Source: Candidatus Kerfeldbacteria bacterium (GTDB lineage Bacteria > Patescibacteriota > Patescibacteriia > UBA10025 > JAHIVO01). From it: a stretch of 64,000 nucleotides of DNA. Under the pieces are notes generated by a model, which worked only from the letters and a program-made list of their open reading frames with translations, was not told the origin of the DNA and made no database searches. Both the position numbers and the translations under genes were made by a program. The number at the start of each line of letters is the position of its first letter. Position 1 is the first letter of the stretch. Location: contig CP181398.1 of NCBI GenBank assembly GCA_047946875.1, forward strand, positions 777,041 to 841,040, written 5' to 3'. Positions 1-11,300 of the stretch are shown piece by piece.

Positions 1-3000
1 GTAACCCTCCATCAAGACAATACCAAGTAGAAAAATTAGTATCAAAGTTATTATTGGTAGTAATAGTATCTATTTTAGGATATTGAACAGAATCTTCAAA
101 TGGTAAAGTTTCGCCAGCACTAACGTTTGGCCAAGGACTCTCACATAAAATATTCCTTATGGAAACATTCTGGGTCAAAGAACCATAATTAAAAGTTGAA
201 CCATCAGCACCTATGCTTAACGAAGCTGCTCCATTCTGATTATTTGAAGTTATGTATCGACTGTTATCTACTCCTGTTACTGTCGTAGTAAATATATCTA
301 CTGGATCATTCTCAGTCCATGCCCAGGTAAAAGAACCAATGGTAAGATTTTGATTATTATTATCACGGGGCGTTGCAGTATACAAATGTTGATTACCTGG
401 CATTGGTACATAATCTCCAAGACAAGCATCTCCTGCACAAGTAAATAAATCACCATAATATGAAATATCATAGGTGGATAATGGTAAAATAGTTGATTGA
501 ACTAATAAGTTATCAACCTGACAAATAATATCCCCCGTTGTAAATGAAATATGAAAATCAGGATATATATCAGGGTATACATTAGAAGTAAAATATACAG
601 GATCATGTTCCATAGCAATGCCTAGCGTAGATAACACTCCTTCCGGACCTGCTTTCATAAACAAATGATAAACTGTAGTTGGATCCATTAGGCCTGTTGG
701 ACTGATTATTATTTCGTCTCCGGCCAGACTTACAGAAGCTGTAAGTGGAATAAGCACTCCACCCTCTATTATCATAATATTAATGTCATTAACAGTGGCT
801 GGATCAATAGCAGCACCAGCAAAATAAATAGATATTGATGCATTCCTGCATACATTACCCGCACCATCAACTGGGATAGTACTCGTAATAAATGGGCGAT
901 TATAACAGCAAGTATCTTTACCACAAAACTCTGTACCACACTGCGCATCACCAGGGGCTGGGTCCGAAGGATCATAATCACAACCACAATACAGACCTCT
1001 TTGATTATTGGTACAATTACCTTTATTAGCTACGCAAGTCAAACCTGTGCTAGAAATTTGCTGATCATTTGGCTCATTCAGTACATTATTATTATTAACA
1101 TCTGGATCACAACATGTTATACAACTATTATTTGCAGGTACTCCTATAGTTGTTATTGTTTTTGGAGGAGCATCAAAATCTCCATTCCCATCTGGATCAA
1201 GATTTCCAGAATTATCTATACAACGATAATTATTGTCTGTAACTAAAGGTGCCGGTGCCCCACAAAATCCATTACTTGTAAAATTTGCCGGCAGTTGACA
1301 TGCACTTCCTGGACCACCTAAACTACAAAATCCACCAGATGGATCACATATATTAGTAGTAGTATTACAACAACTCCCAAAACCTGCATCGATACAGTGA
1401 CTATTATTACTACAACTGATGCCAAAATTTACCTCATTAGAATCACAATACAATGGTCCCGCAGGTTCAATCACAGAAATTCTAGTCTTGCCAGTAACAG
1501 CACCCAAAGGCACTGTAACATTATCAAAAGTTGTATCAAAACCTTGCCCAGTAATATCATTAATATATCCTCCAACTCCGTCATCAAATCGAGCTATCGT
1601 TTGTGGTGTATTATTCAAAGTTAAATTATAACCATTATAGGTAATTGGGTTAGTCCCTTCATAAGCAGCTGCTGGAACAACATTACATAACCCAGGTAAA
1701 CCCGTTATCGGTGGTTGCGCACCACTAGCACATAAGTTTGTTGCAGTAAACATTACTGTTGGCGCTTGTGCTGCATTTGATAATCCATCGACTGTATTAA
1801 TCCGTACACCATACAGACCTATAGCTGGTACATTTACAGTTGCGATTATTTCACTATCTGTCCAAGGATTAGCACAATTGAAGATTCCAGGGTTCCCACC
1901 AAATTCCAGAACTCCAGTAATATTACCAAAATTACATCCAGTAATTGTTACTGTAGTACCAGTCGGACCAGAGTCAGGATTAAGTCCCCAACCAAGAGGT
2001 TGTATAGGTGGTAATGGAACCGTCAAATCACCCACCCAAGGAGTACATTTAAAAGTAGTCAAATCACAAGTACTATGATTACCGTCAACAGGACAAGCGT
2101 TTTCACAATCAATATTATTAGTACAATCATTAATAGTTAACTCCCCTTGAATAGACGCATTACCGGGACCAATAATATCCTGAGCCGACGCCTCAACGAA
2201 TACTGGGGTTCCGTCGGTATTAACGTCAGTATGAATAACCGCATTATTACCACCTGGATTTGGAGGAACGATTGGGATTGTGGCACGTGCAGGACGTGGC
2301 GGTGCTGGATCAACTACCGTCCAAGTCCAATCAAATCCAATTGGATTCAATACTTGTCCAGCTAAGTTACAAGAATCAGGAAAACCAACCGCAGAACCTA
2401 TATAATTTAAATTTAGATTAATTTGTCTTGTAATAGGTATGCCAGGATTCATAACAACATTATCTATCTCACAAACAGTCGGATCAATCCTTGTTTTGAA
2501 TGTCCATGAATATGCATCAAGAGTTCCATCATCACTATCATCGAAATTCAAACCCCCTAAGCTACTTCCAGGGATAGCATTAATTTCTATCCCTTTCATT
2601 AAAACAACTCTATAATATGTATTTGGTGCAAGATTAGCATTAGGACTAATATCGATATTAGTAAAAGTAGTGAAAATACTAGTTGGATTATTACCTATCT
2701 GAGCTAAGCCAGTTACAAAGCTACAACTAGAATCTGTACAACTATATAATTTTACATTAGCAGCATTAATAGAAGCTGTGACGTCATAACTTACGTCAGC
2801 CTGAATCATCGCATTAACACAAGCGCTATCACAAACAGGACTTCTATTAATGACGACTGGATGGTTTGGAGGAATAGGCATAACTGTAAAATCTACTGGA
2901 TTACTGGCCCCAGCATTATTTATGATGGTTACAGCATTAAGTCCAAAAGTTGCAATATTAGGAGCAATACTTGGCACCTCTGTGCTAATAAAATTATCAA

Positions 3001-5218
3001 CCCAAGAATTAATTGGAGCGTCATTTGCATCAAAATTTACTACTTGAGTCACATTATGAGGATCAAATCTTATACCTGATAAACTCACCGTCGTACCATG
3101 ATAACCACTAGCTGGATTTATCCCCCAAATACAAGGTCCACCTGAAATATTAGGATCACTAACATAATAATAAGCACCAAGATTATCAGACGTAGCCACC
3201 CCAAAGGCTGGATCAATATAAGAAATCTCAATTTGTGGCTTCGGTCTCTCAAACTGCACAAACGGTGCAGGAATCGTACTTGTTAGATTTGTAGCTGTAA
3301 CCCCGCCAACTATACCAGGAGTAATTGGTGCTGGTGGTGGTGGTATAATATTGTGATCAGTAAATTCGAAATTTGTAATTGTTGCTGGATGCGCTGTTGT
3401 ACCTTGAAAACAAGAACCAACTACTGTAATACACTGTTCTCGTAATCCACTACCTGGGGCAATATGTGATATATATGGAGCACACTCACAAAGATCTGGA
3501 GTAGTTACTGAAAAACTCCAATCATATAGCAATGGATTTAAATCTTTATCTATTGGTTTATTTGTAATGACATGCACCGTGTAATCTACTCCGGAAACTA
3601 ATGGTACTGGATTAAGGGCGGCATCTGCTGGATGAAATTGAAATACTCTAAAATGATTATTTATCACATTACCAGCCACAGATAAATCCACGTCATCAAT
3701 TATTTCTATATAACCACCAATACCATAAATAGCATATGGACCAGCTGGTGGACGAGTAGAGGCGTCTATCATGGCCTCAAAATGATCTCCATTAGAACCA
3801 TCTATCATAATAGTAACTTCATCATAATACATGCTTGTATTGAAAGGTACGGTAATAACAATATCAGGACAGACTAATAAATCACCAGGAGCTGGATTTA
3901 CTAGTCCCACGCCAGGAACCAAATCATTAGTTTGAAATTCCCAAGGCAGATAAGCAACCATGTCATTGCCACACAAATCTTGTACTCCTGATACTGTTAC
4001 TCGATACCATGTAAATGGCTCCAAAACTAATCCAGCATCAAGATGAACACTAAAACCTTGTGGCGTAATATAAACATTAAGATCAGTAGTATTATTTACT
4101 GTACTATCTACAGCACCAAGCTGACCATCTAATTGCTCAAGTACAAAATTTGCTACTATTGGATGCCCAGGATTCATTGAATCATCTATAGTCGTCGCAT
4201 CTATTGCTTCATTAAAATTTATACTAAATATTGGGACTCTAGTTACATCTCTGTCTTCATAACTTGGACTTGCCTGATCAGACAATGGATATGTAGAAAC
4301 AATTTCGGGATCAACATCATCTACTGTAGTACCTACTTCAAACTGCCAATAATATGCATCATCAGTAGCTCCTGTTAGCGGATGATCATCTAAAATAGCG
4401 CCAGCTAAAGCATCAGCCAATGGATTAGACTTATTATCAGTTACTGATATAGGTATCCATAATCTGTAATTAGTATTTTGAACAAGACTGCCAAATAAAG
4501 TATCATCATGCTTCAAAGTAAAACCATTATTGAATGTTACTAATTCAAGCGGGGTTAGAAAAGGTGTGGCAGGAGGGCTAGGATAATGCCATCCACTCCA
4601 AATACCTGAGCCTTGTGGCAGAGTTTCTTCTTCAATATATATTAAGTCAGAATTGTCACCAGCAAATACGGCTGCAAAAGTAGCTGGATCAATTTTATTA
4701 TTAAACACAGACTGTAACCTACTACACATAGTTACATCCACAGCCCAATCAGTTCCAGAAGCAACACTTGTCTGAGTATAATTCCAAGTAAACTCATATG
4801 GTGGGAAAACACTACTAGAACCACTACCCGTACCAGGACCACCAGTAACTTTATTAGCTGTATCAACTATAAAGGAAACAATAGCCCAAGATAATAAAAC
4901 AATCACCAAGCCAATAGCAGCTTGGGTAATAATTTTCTTAGCTTTGGCAATTTTATCTTCGTTACCAGCTGCAGTCATCCAAATAAATCCACCGTAAATC
5001 ATCATTATAACCGCCACTAAACCAAGGAATCCTAAAGCCCACTGTATGATATTAATGATTGTTGACTCTAAATCTGCCGTACCTAAGCTCAATGTAGTAC
5101 CAATATTTGGGTCTACGGTCACAGCATATACCTGACTTGCAACAAGTAATCCACCAGCAATCAAAATGAATACAAACAAACCTGTGAATATTCCAAAAAA
5201 TATATTTTTTTTATTCAT
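1..5218 (-). CDS. Giant pilin-fused surface protein, paralogue 2 (5' part only; runs off the left edge)
   Basis: ATG at 5218 (MNKKNIFFGIFTG...). 893..5215 matches 10918..15240 of the 3314-aa gene. The diverged part 1..892, translated by hand, stays open with only in-frame indels. Absent from the ORF track because its stop is outside the window. Confidence 0.93.
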   Translation of the reverse strand, partial: MNKKNIFFGIFTGLFVFILIAGGLLVASQVYAVTVDPNIGTTLSLGTADLESTIINIIQWALGFLGLVAVIMMIYGGFIWMTAAGNEDKIAKAKKIITQAAIGLVIVLLSWAIVSFIVDTANKVTGGPGTGSGSSSVFPPYEFTWNYTQTSVASGTDWAVDVTMCSRLQSVFNNKIDPATFAAVFAGDNSDLIYIEEETLPQGSGIWSGWHYPSPPATPFLTPLELVTFNNGFTLKHDDTLFGSLVQNTNYRLWIPISVTDNKSNPLADALAGAILDDHPLTGATDDAYYWQFEVGTTVDDVDPEIVSTYPLSDQASPSYEDRDVTRVPIFSINFNEAIDATTIDDSMNPGHPIVANFVLEQLDGQLGAVDSTVNNTTDLNVYITPQGFSVHLDAGLVLEPFTWYRVTVSGVQDLCGNDMVAYLPWEFQTNDLVPGVGLVNPAPGDLLVCPDIVITVPFNTSMYYDEVTIMIDGSNGDHFEAMIDASTRPPAGPYAIYGIGGYIEIIDDVDLSVAGNVINNHFRVFQFHPADAALNPVPLVSGVDYTVHVITNKPIDKDLNPLLYDWSFSVTTPDLCECAPYISHIAPGSGLREQCITVVGSCFQGTTAHPATITNFEFTDHNIIPPPPAPITPGIVGGVTATNLTSTIPAPFVQFERPKPQIEISYIDPAFGVATSDNLGAYYYVSDPNISGGPCIWGINPASGYHGTTVSLSGIRFDPHNVTQVVNFDANDAPINSWVDNFISTEVPSIAPNIATFGLNAVTIINNAGASNPVDFTVMPIPPNHPVVINRSPVCDSACVNAMIQADVSYDVTASINAANVKLYSCTDSSCSFVTGLAQIGNNPTSIFTTFTNIDISPNANLAPNTYYRVVLMKGIEINAIPGSSLGGLNFDDSDDGTLDAYSWTFKTRIDPTVCEIDNVVMNPGIPITRQINLNLNYIGSAVGFPDSCNLAGQVLNPIGFDWTWTVVDPAPPRPARATIPIVPPNPGGNNAVIHTDVNTDGTPVFVEASAQDIIGPGNASIQGELTINDCTNNIDCENACPVDGNHSTCDLTTFKCTPWVGDLTVPLPPIQPLGWGLNPDSGPTGTTVTITGCNFGNITGVLEFGGNPGIFNCANPWTDSEIIATVNVPAIGLYGVRINTVDGLSNAAQAPTVMFTATNLCASGAQPPITGLPGLCNVVPAAAYEGTNPITYNGYNLTLNNTPQTIARFDDGVGGYINDITGQGFDTTFDNVTVPLGAVTGKTRISVIEPAGPLYCDSNEVNFGISCSNNSHCIDAGFGSCCNTTTNICDPSGGFCSLGGPGSACQLPANFTSNGFCGAPAPLVTDNNYRCIDNSGNLDPDGNGDFDAPPKTITTIGVPANNSCITCCDPDVNNNNVLNEPNDQQISSTGLTCVANKGNCTNNQRGLYCGCDYDPSDPAPGDAQCGTEFCGKDTCCYNRPFITSTIPVDGAGNVCRNASISIYFAGAAIDPATVNDINIMIIEGGVLIPLTASVSLAGDEIIISPTGLMDPTTVYHLFMKAGPEGVLSTLGIAMEHDPVYFTSNVYPDIYPDFHISFTTGDIICQVDNLLVQSTILPLSTYDISYYGDLFTCAGDACLGDYVPMPGNQHLYTATPRDNNNQNLTIGSFTWAWTENDPVDIFTTTVTGVDNSRYITSNNQNGAASLSIGADGSTFNYGSLTQNVSIRNILCESPWPNVSAGETLPFEDSVQYPKIDTITTNNNFDTNFSTWYCLDGGL
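893..5215. repeat. Direct repeat copy A (~4.3 kb, near-identical to 10918..15240)
   Basis: Constant offset of 10025 bp. Identical shadow ORFs occur in both copies (e.g. 1001..1246 = 11026..11271). In the stretches compared, the only difference seen was 5087 g vs 15112 a (Ser AGC/AGT). Confidence 0.95.
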
Positions 5219-5307
5219 AAAATGATTTTTTGTAAAATATATATATTCTCCTATAAGAAACTCTAAAATTCATAGCACTTTAATAAAAATAATTTACTAA
5301 AATATTT

Positions 5308-8300
5308 TTATAACTCAATTATATCCCATATCGTTCCTACGCCAGGTATAGTTCCTTGTAAATTCCATGTTATCCCTTCATCATCCGAACGTGCAACATC
5401 ACCATTGCTTCCATAAACATATAATGCTCCATCTAGAACTTCTATTACTCCGCTCGAAATCGAGGCAGTGCCAACGTTAGTCCAAGTTACTCCATCATTA
5501 TTTGAACGATAAATTTGTGTAGCGGGACCGGACCCGACAGCCGCAAATAAATCACTATTAAATAAAACAATTGAGGATACCATTGTATAAATTCCAAAAT
5601 CTATCTGCATATTCCATGAAATACCATGATCAGGGCTAAGGTATATTCTGCCATACTGATCGTTTAATGCAGATGCTACGTCCTCGAAACGTGCGCCTAC
5701 AATTAAATTGCTATTTTGTTCAATTACCGCATCAACTCTCTTTACATCTACTCCTAAATCGCCGGGGTCGTCAAACCAAGTAATACCGTCATTTAATGAA
5801 TAAAACATATCACCATTTTCTTGAGTACCCGCCCAAAGGTCGCCACCAAAATCAATAATCGACCAAACGCGTATAGCACCCGCCAAATCACCGCTAGGAT
5901 TCCAACTTGCGCCACCATTATCTGAATAAAAAATATTACCTCCAGGACGAGTACCTGCCAGTAATCTATTATTATGATTAAGTATTATATCAATATTACC
6001 AGCATCAAATCCACCGATGGTTAAATTGGCTGTATCATACCACGTTGCCCCATTGTTATCTGAACGATAAATATTTCCATCAGGGCTTGAACCAACATAA
6101 TACGAACCTAATCGTTCGACAAAAGAATCTGCGTACACTTGTCCAGGTAAATCAACAATATGAGTCCAGGTGGCTCCACTATCATTTGTACCCCATATCC
6201 CTCCACTAACATTACCGGTAGCAGCTAAAAAGGTTGCGGCAGCAGGACAATCGGTGTCAGTTGCGAATGTACATACAGGAGCGCCTACTCCAGAAGGACA
6301 ACATCCGTTCCCATCTTGACATCCACAATCTGGATCTTGGACAACAGAACACAAAAGAGGACAACCACCACCACAGAGAGGTGTAGTTGGCACACAAGCA
6401 GGAGCCGCACCACCAAATGCATAAAGAGTAAACACAAAATCTACATCATTGGCAGGATTTACCAAATCAGCAAGTTTTATCCAATTATTACCATTGTCAG
6501 TTGATCTATAAACTGCAGCGCTTGTAGTACCAATAAACATTGCATTGTTATCAGAGGCTGAACTAATTATATTTAAAGCACCTGCGGGTACAGTTCCAAG
6601 GGCTGTCCATGTCCCAATACCAGATCTTCTATAAAAATTTTCACTATCTCCTCCAGCATAAACGAATCCTCCATTTTCCATTAATGTGTATATAGCAAGT
6701 GTAGGCATATTAGTAACAGTCCAAGTTACTCCACTATTTGTAGATTCATAAATATGTCCATTTTGACTAGCAACAATAATTGAACTTCCAAAGGATAATA
6801 TCTCACTTATAGTCCCTCCTCCGGTATCCATTACTTCAATACATGGTAAGGCTCCAGCAACGCATCTATAAACTTTACCGGTAAGCAATCCAGCATAAAC
6901 ATCAGAACCATCTTGAGCCAGGGCATCAACTTGAGTAGTAAAAACAGTCAGTAAATTCCACGTAGTTCCCAAATCAGATGATGTGAAAATTCCTTCATCT
7001 GTAGCTGCATATATTTTACCACCAAAAAATATGAGATCTTCAGCATCACCTGATGTACCAAGAGGATTAGGAGTAACAGCCCAATTAAGACCTCCATCGT
7101 TAGATATAAGAACAACATGTCCCCCTCCGGGTCCAAAAGAACCTTGTAAACCAGCAAATAAAACACCACCAACATTCAGAAAGGATTCAGGATAAGACGT
7201 ACCACCAGCACTAAAATTATTATTCCAAGTGGAACCGCCATCATTAGTTAAAAAAATATCTGCAGTTGAACCGGAATGTGTACCTACCATTATATCCGCA
7301 GCTATCGGTGGAATTGCCGGCGGTGGACAATCATTATCAGTTGCAAATGTACATCCCAATCCTGCAGGACAACACCCATTGTTATCTTGGCATGCACAGT
7401 CAGGATCTTCTACTATCGTACATATAGGAGGGCAAGCTGGGATACCACCACAGAGAGGGACACTAGGAACACAAACAGGGGCACCACATGCACCAGCCAC
7501 ACTAGGTATATTATCATAAAAACTAATATTGCCAGCGTTATCTTCTGCTATCACGTCTACATAAAATGATGTATTTGAAATATCAGAAGTCCAAACACCT
7601 TCAAAAATATTATCTAAGTCTGGGTCTGTCATTGCTACAGGATTATTAGCACTAATTACTGATATTCCATCAGGATTTTGTAATACTGCTTGTACACTAG
7701 CTATACCATCAGCGTCTGTAACCTCAGCCCTAAAACAAAAGTCAGTGCCTGTACCACCAGTAGGCGGATTAACAGTTGGCATGATAATTTGAGGTCCACC
7801 ATTTCCTCTAACATTAACCAATATTTCAATACTTTCACTCCTATTCCCAGCTGTATCTACTGCCTCTGCTTGAATAGAATGCCAACCATCAGTCAATACA
7901 TCTGTATTAATAGCATATGAGTATGGAACCAACGGATCAACAAACTGTCGATGATAATCAATATAGAAATTTACATGCTGAACACCACGATTATCATTAG
8001 CGTCTACTTCAATATCTATATCACCAACTACCGCTGTACCATAAATTGGCGTTGGTGGATGTATAAAAGATATTGTTGGCGCGATCTTATCATTCATCTC
8101 ATTATCTACAGGAATAGTTATAGTAGCACTACCAATATTCCCATACATATCATATGCATCTATCCGAATATCATGCTCTTCATTAAGATACCCTAAGGTG
8201 TCCCATTCCCAAGTCCATTGATTGTTAGCAACATGAGTTGCATTACCTCGGAAAATATTATCAACAAAAACTTGAACATAATCAATCCAATTCAAATCAT

Positions 8301-11300
8301 CTACTGTAATATCTATATCAATTACATCTTTTCTTTGACATATTATTCCAGCTCCACATGGAGTAACTTGATTACAAGGCGGGCCAACACCTGAACAAGT
8401 ACCCGGAATATTACCAATAGTAACTACTGGAGCAGTAGTATCAAAATTTTCTACCTTTACAAAAATAGTTTTAGTAGAAACAAGCGTTGTGTTATCTGTC
8501 GCCGTAGCTATAAGTGTATAAATACCATTTGGCGTATCTGGAGCAATTGGTGGACCAGTACAATCCCCAACAGTATCCCAAAGGTGTGTACCAGAATATG
8601 GATTTGATAATCCTCCAAACACATGAAGGGCACAAGGAGTTTCTACCCCATCACTATCAAACGCATGTATTTCTACACCTATAATACCGCCATCATCAGA
8701 AGCGACAACATCTATTGGTACAGTCCCCGTAATAGTCTGACCATCTGCCAAAGAAATAATATCAATGAAAGGAGGATTGTTAACAACTCCAGAATTATTT
8801 ATTACTAAAGTATATGTAGGGCTATTGCTCCAATTTCCAACATTGTCATATGCTTTTAATAGTAAACTATGATTACCATCAACATACTCATTAGAAATAA
8901 AATTCCATGACCAACTAGCAGGATCATCATCTGTATACTTGTATTGACCATCGATATAAAATTCTACTTTAGCTACACCCGTAGCTGTAGCAATAGGCAG
9001 ATCAGTCAAAATAACTTCTACGGCCTGTGTTCCATTAACATTATTAAAAATATTAGCTACCGGAGCAACAGTATTTAAAGTAACCGCATCAAACTGAGGA
9101 CCAACACGATCTGTGATCGTCCCAGTAACATTCTTAAAATAATTAAAACAATTACAATCTGCATTAGTAAAAGAACTGCATGGATCAAACACTCCAGCCA
9201 AACCGATATTCCAAGTATTGAATCCCCCATATATTAAGTATTCTAAATGTCCATAAAGATCTACATTCTTACCATCTGGAGATACTATATATTGATAAGT
9301 ATAAGAATTTGAAGGGCAGAAATATTCTTGATTTGTATCATCCCAACAAGTACTTGTATTAAAAGGTGCTAAACAAATATCAAAAATATTATAAGGATCA
9401 GTCGGCATACTCAATCCAAGACTTGAGCCCAACTTATCACTCCAAGAAGGCCAACCTGAAGAAGTAAGATTTTTGATATAAGTACCTCCTTCTAGTTTTG
9501 GAAATTCTCCATTTATTTCTTTATATTCCAAAGCGCCAGTATAAATGTCATTAAGATCACTAACTCTCTTCATATCTCGATGCATTTTTTCTTTATTAGT
9601 ATCTGTATCATTAATAGTAAATTTCCAATTAGCTAACAATGCATTATAAATACTTAATGTTTCAGCAGAAGCTCCTTCGTTATATGAAATCAAATATAAT
9701 TGTGGGTATAAGGCATCTCCAACCTGTGCTGCACCGTCAAAACCAGTACCTGAGATATTCCAAGCTGCTACATATACTGTTCTACCTGACCTGATCGCGT
9801 TATATCCATCCACTACAATATCTTGTGGGGCTGGGGCAGCAGAACCAAAATGATTAAAATACCATTCTCTAGCTGACTTACCTTCTTCATTTTCATAAAC
9901 CCTAATACCAATCGCATCGTCTGACAAATCTCGTAAGAAGAAAAATTCTTTTAATAATTCATCCACCCCAATAGTACTAGGTGTACCTTCATGAACCACC
10001 GTATCAATCACTAGTTTTAAGGTTGGTAACCCTCCATCAAGGCAATACCAAGTAGAAAAATTAGTATCAAAGTTATTATTGGTAGTAATAGTATCTATTT
10101 TAGGATATTGAACAGAATCTTCAAATGGTAAAGTTTCGCCAGCACTAACATTTGGCCAAGGACTCTCACATAAAATATTCCTTATGGAAACATTCTGGGT
10201 CAAAGAACCATAATCCGTACTAGCAACACCTATGCTTAACGAAGCTGCTCCATTCTGATTATTTGAAGTTATATATCGAGCATTTGGTGGACCTGGGTTT
10301 GTAGTTGTAAAAATATCTATTGGATCATTCTCGGTCCATGTCCAGGTAAAAGAACCGATGGTAAGATTTTGATTATTGTTATCACGGGGCGCTGCAGTAT
10401 ACGCATGCTGATTACCTGCCAAGCCTGGTACTGGTACATAATCCCCAAGACAAGCATCTCCTGCACAAGTAAATAAATCACCATAATCTGAAATGTCATA
10501 AGTGTATAATGGTAAAATAGTTGATTGAACTAATAAGTTATCAACCTGACAAATAATATCCCCCGTTGTAAATGAAATATGAAAATCAAGATATGGATCA
10601 GGGTATACATTAGAAGTAAAATAGGGACCTGGTTCCATAGCAATGCCTTGCGTAGATAACACTCCTTCCGGACCTGCTTTCATATACAAATCATAATTTG
10701 TAGTTTGATCCATTAGACCTGTTGGACTGATTATTATTTCATCTCCGGCCAAACTTACAGAAGCCGTAAATGGAATAGACACTCCACCATTTTCTAAAAT
10801 AATATTAGTATCATTAACAGTAGCTGGATCAATAGCAGCGCCAGCAAAATAAATAGATATTGATGCATTCCTGCATACATTACCCGCACCATCAGCTGGG
10901 ATAGTACTCGTAACATCTGGGCGATTATAACAGCAAGTATCTTTACCACAAAACTCTGTACCACACTGCGCATCACCAGGGGCTGGGTCCGAAGGATCAT
11001 AATCACAACCACAATACAGACCTCTTTGATTATTGGTACAATTACCTTTATTAGCTACGCAAGTCAAACCTGTGCTAGAAATTTGCTGATCATTTGGCTC
11101 ATTCAGTACATTATTATTATTAACATCTGGATCACAACATGTTATACAACTATTATTTGCAGGTACTCCTATAGTTGTTATTGTTTTTGGAGGAGCATCA
11201 AAATCTCCATTCCCATCTGGATCAAGATTTCCAGAATTATCTATACAACGATAATTATTGTCTGTAACTAAAGGTGCCGGTGCCCCACAAAATCCATTAC

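Noticed and set aside
638-654. SRP (4.5S) RNA-like motif CAGGTCCGGAAGGA on the minus strand (also near 10665..10680)
   Set aside because: Lies in frame within the giant CDS (AGPEG), lacks the following AGCAG and has no enclosing stem.
186-892. Diversity-generating retroelement (TR/VR pair with 10210..10917)
   Set aside because: Differences involve all four bases and include indels, not adenine-only changes; both copies are in-frame parts of long genes; no reverse transcriptase in the window.
1-5218. Pure assembly duplication of the 3314-aa gene
   Set aside because: The copies have different starts and upstream DNA and a block of coherent in-frame divergence, so two real genes are more likely. 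Collapse of the identical part still needs long reads to exclude.
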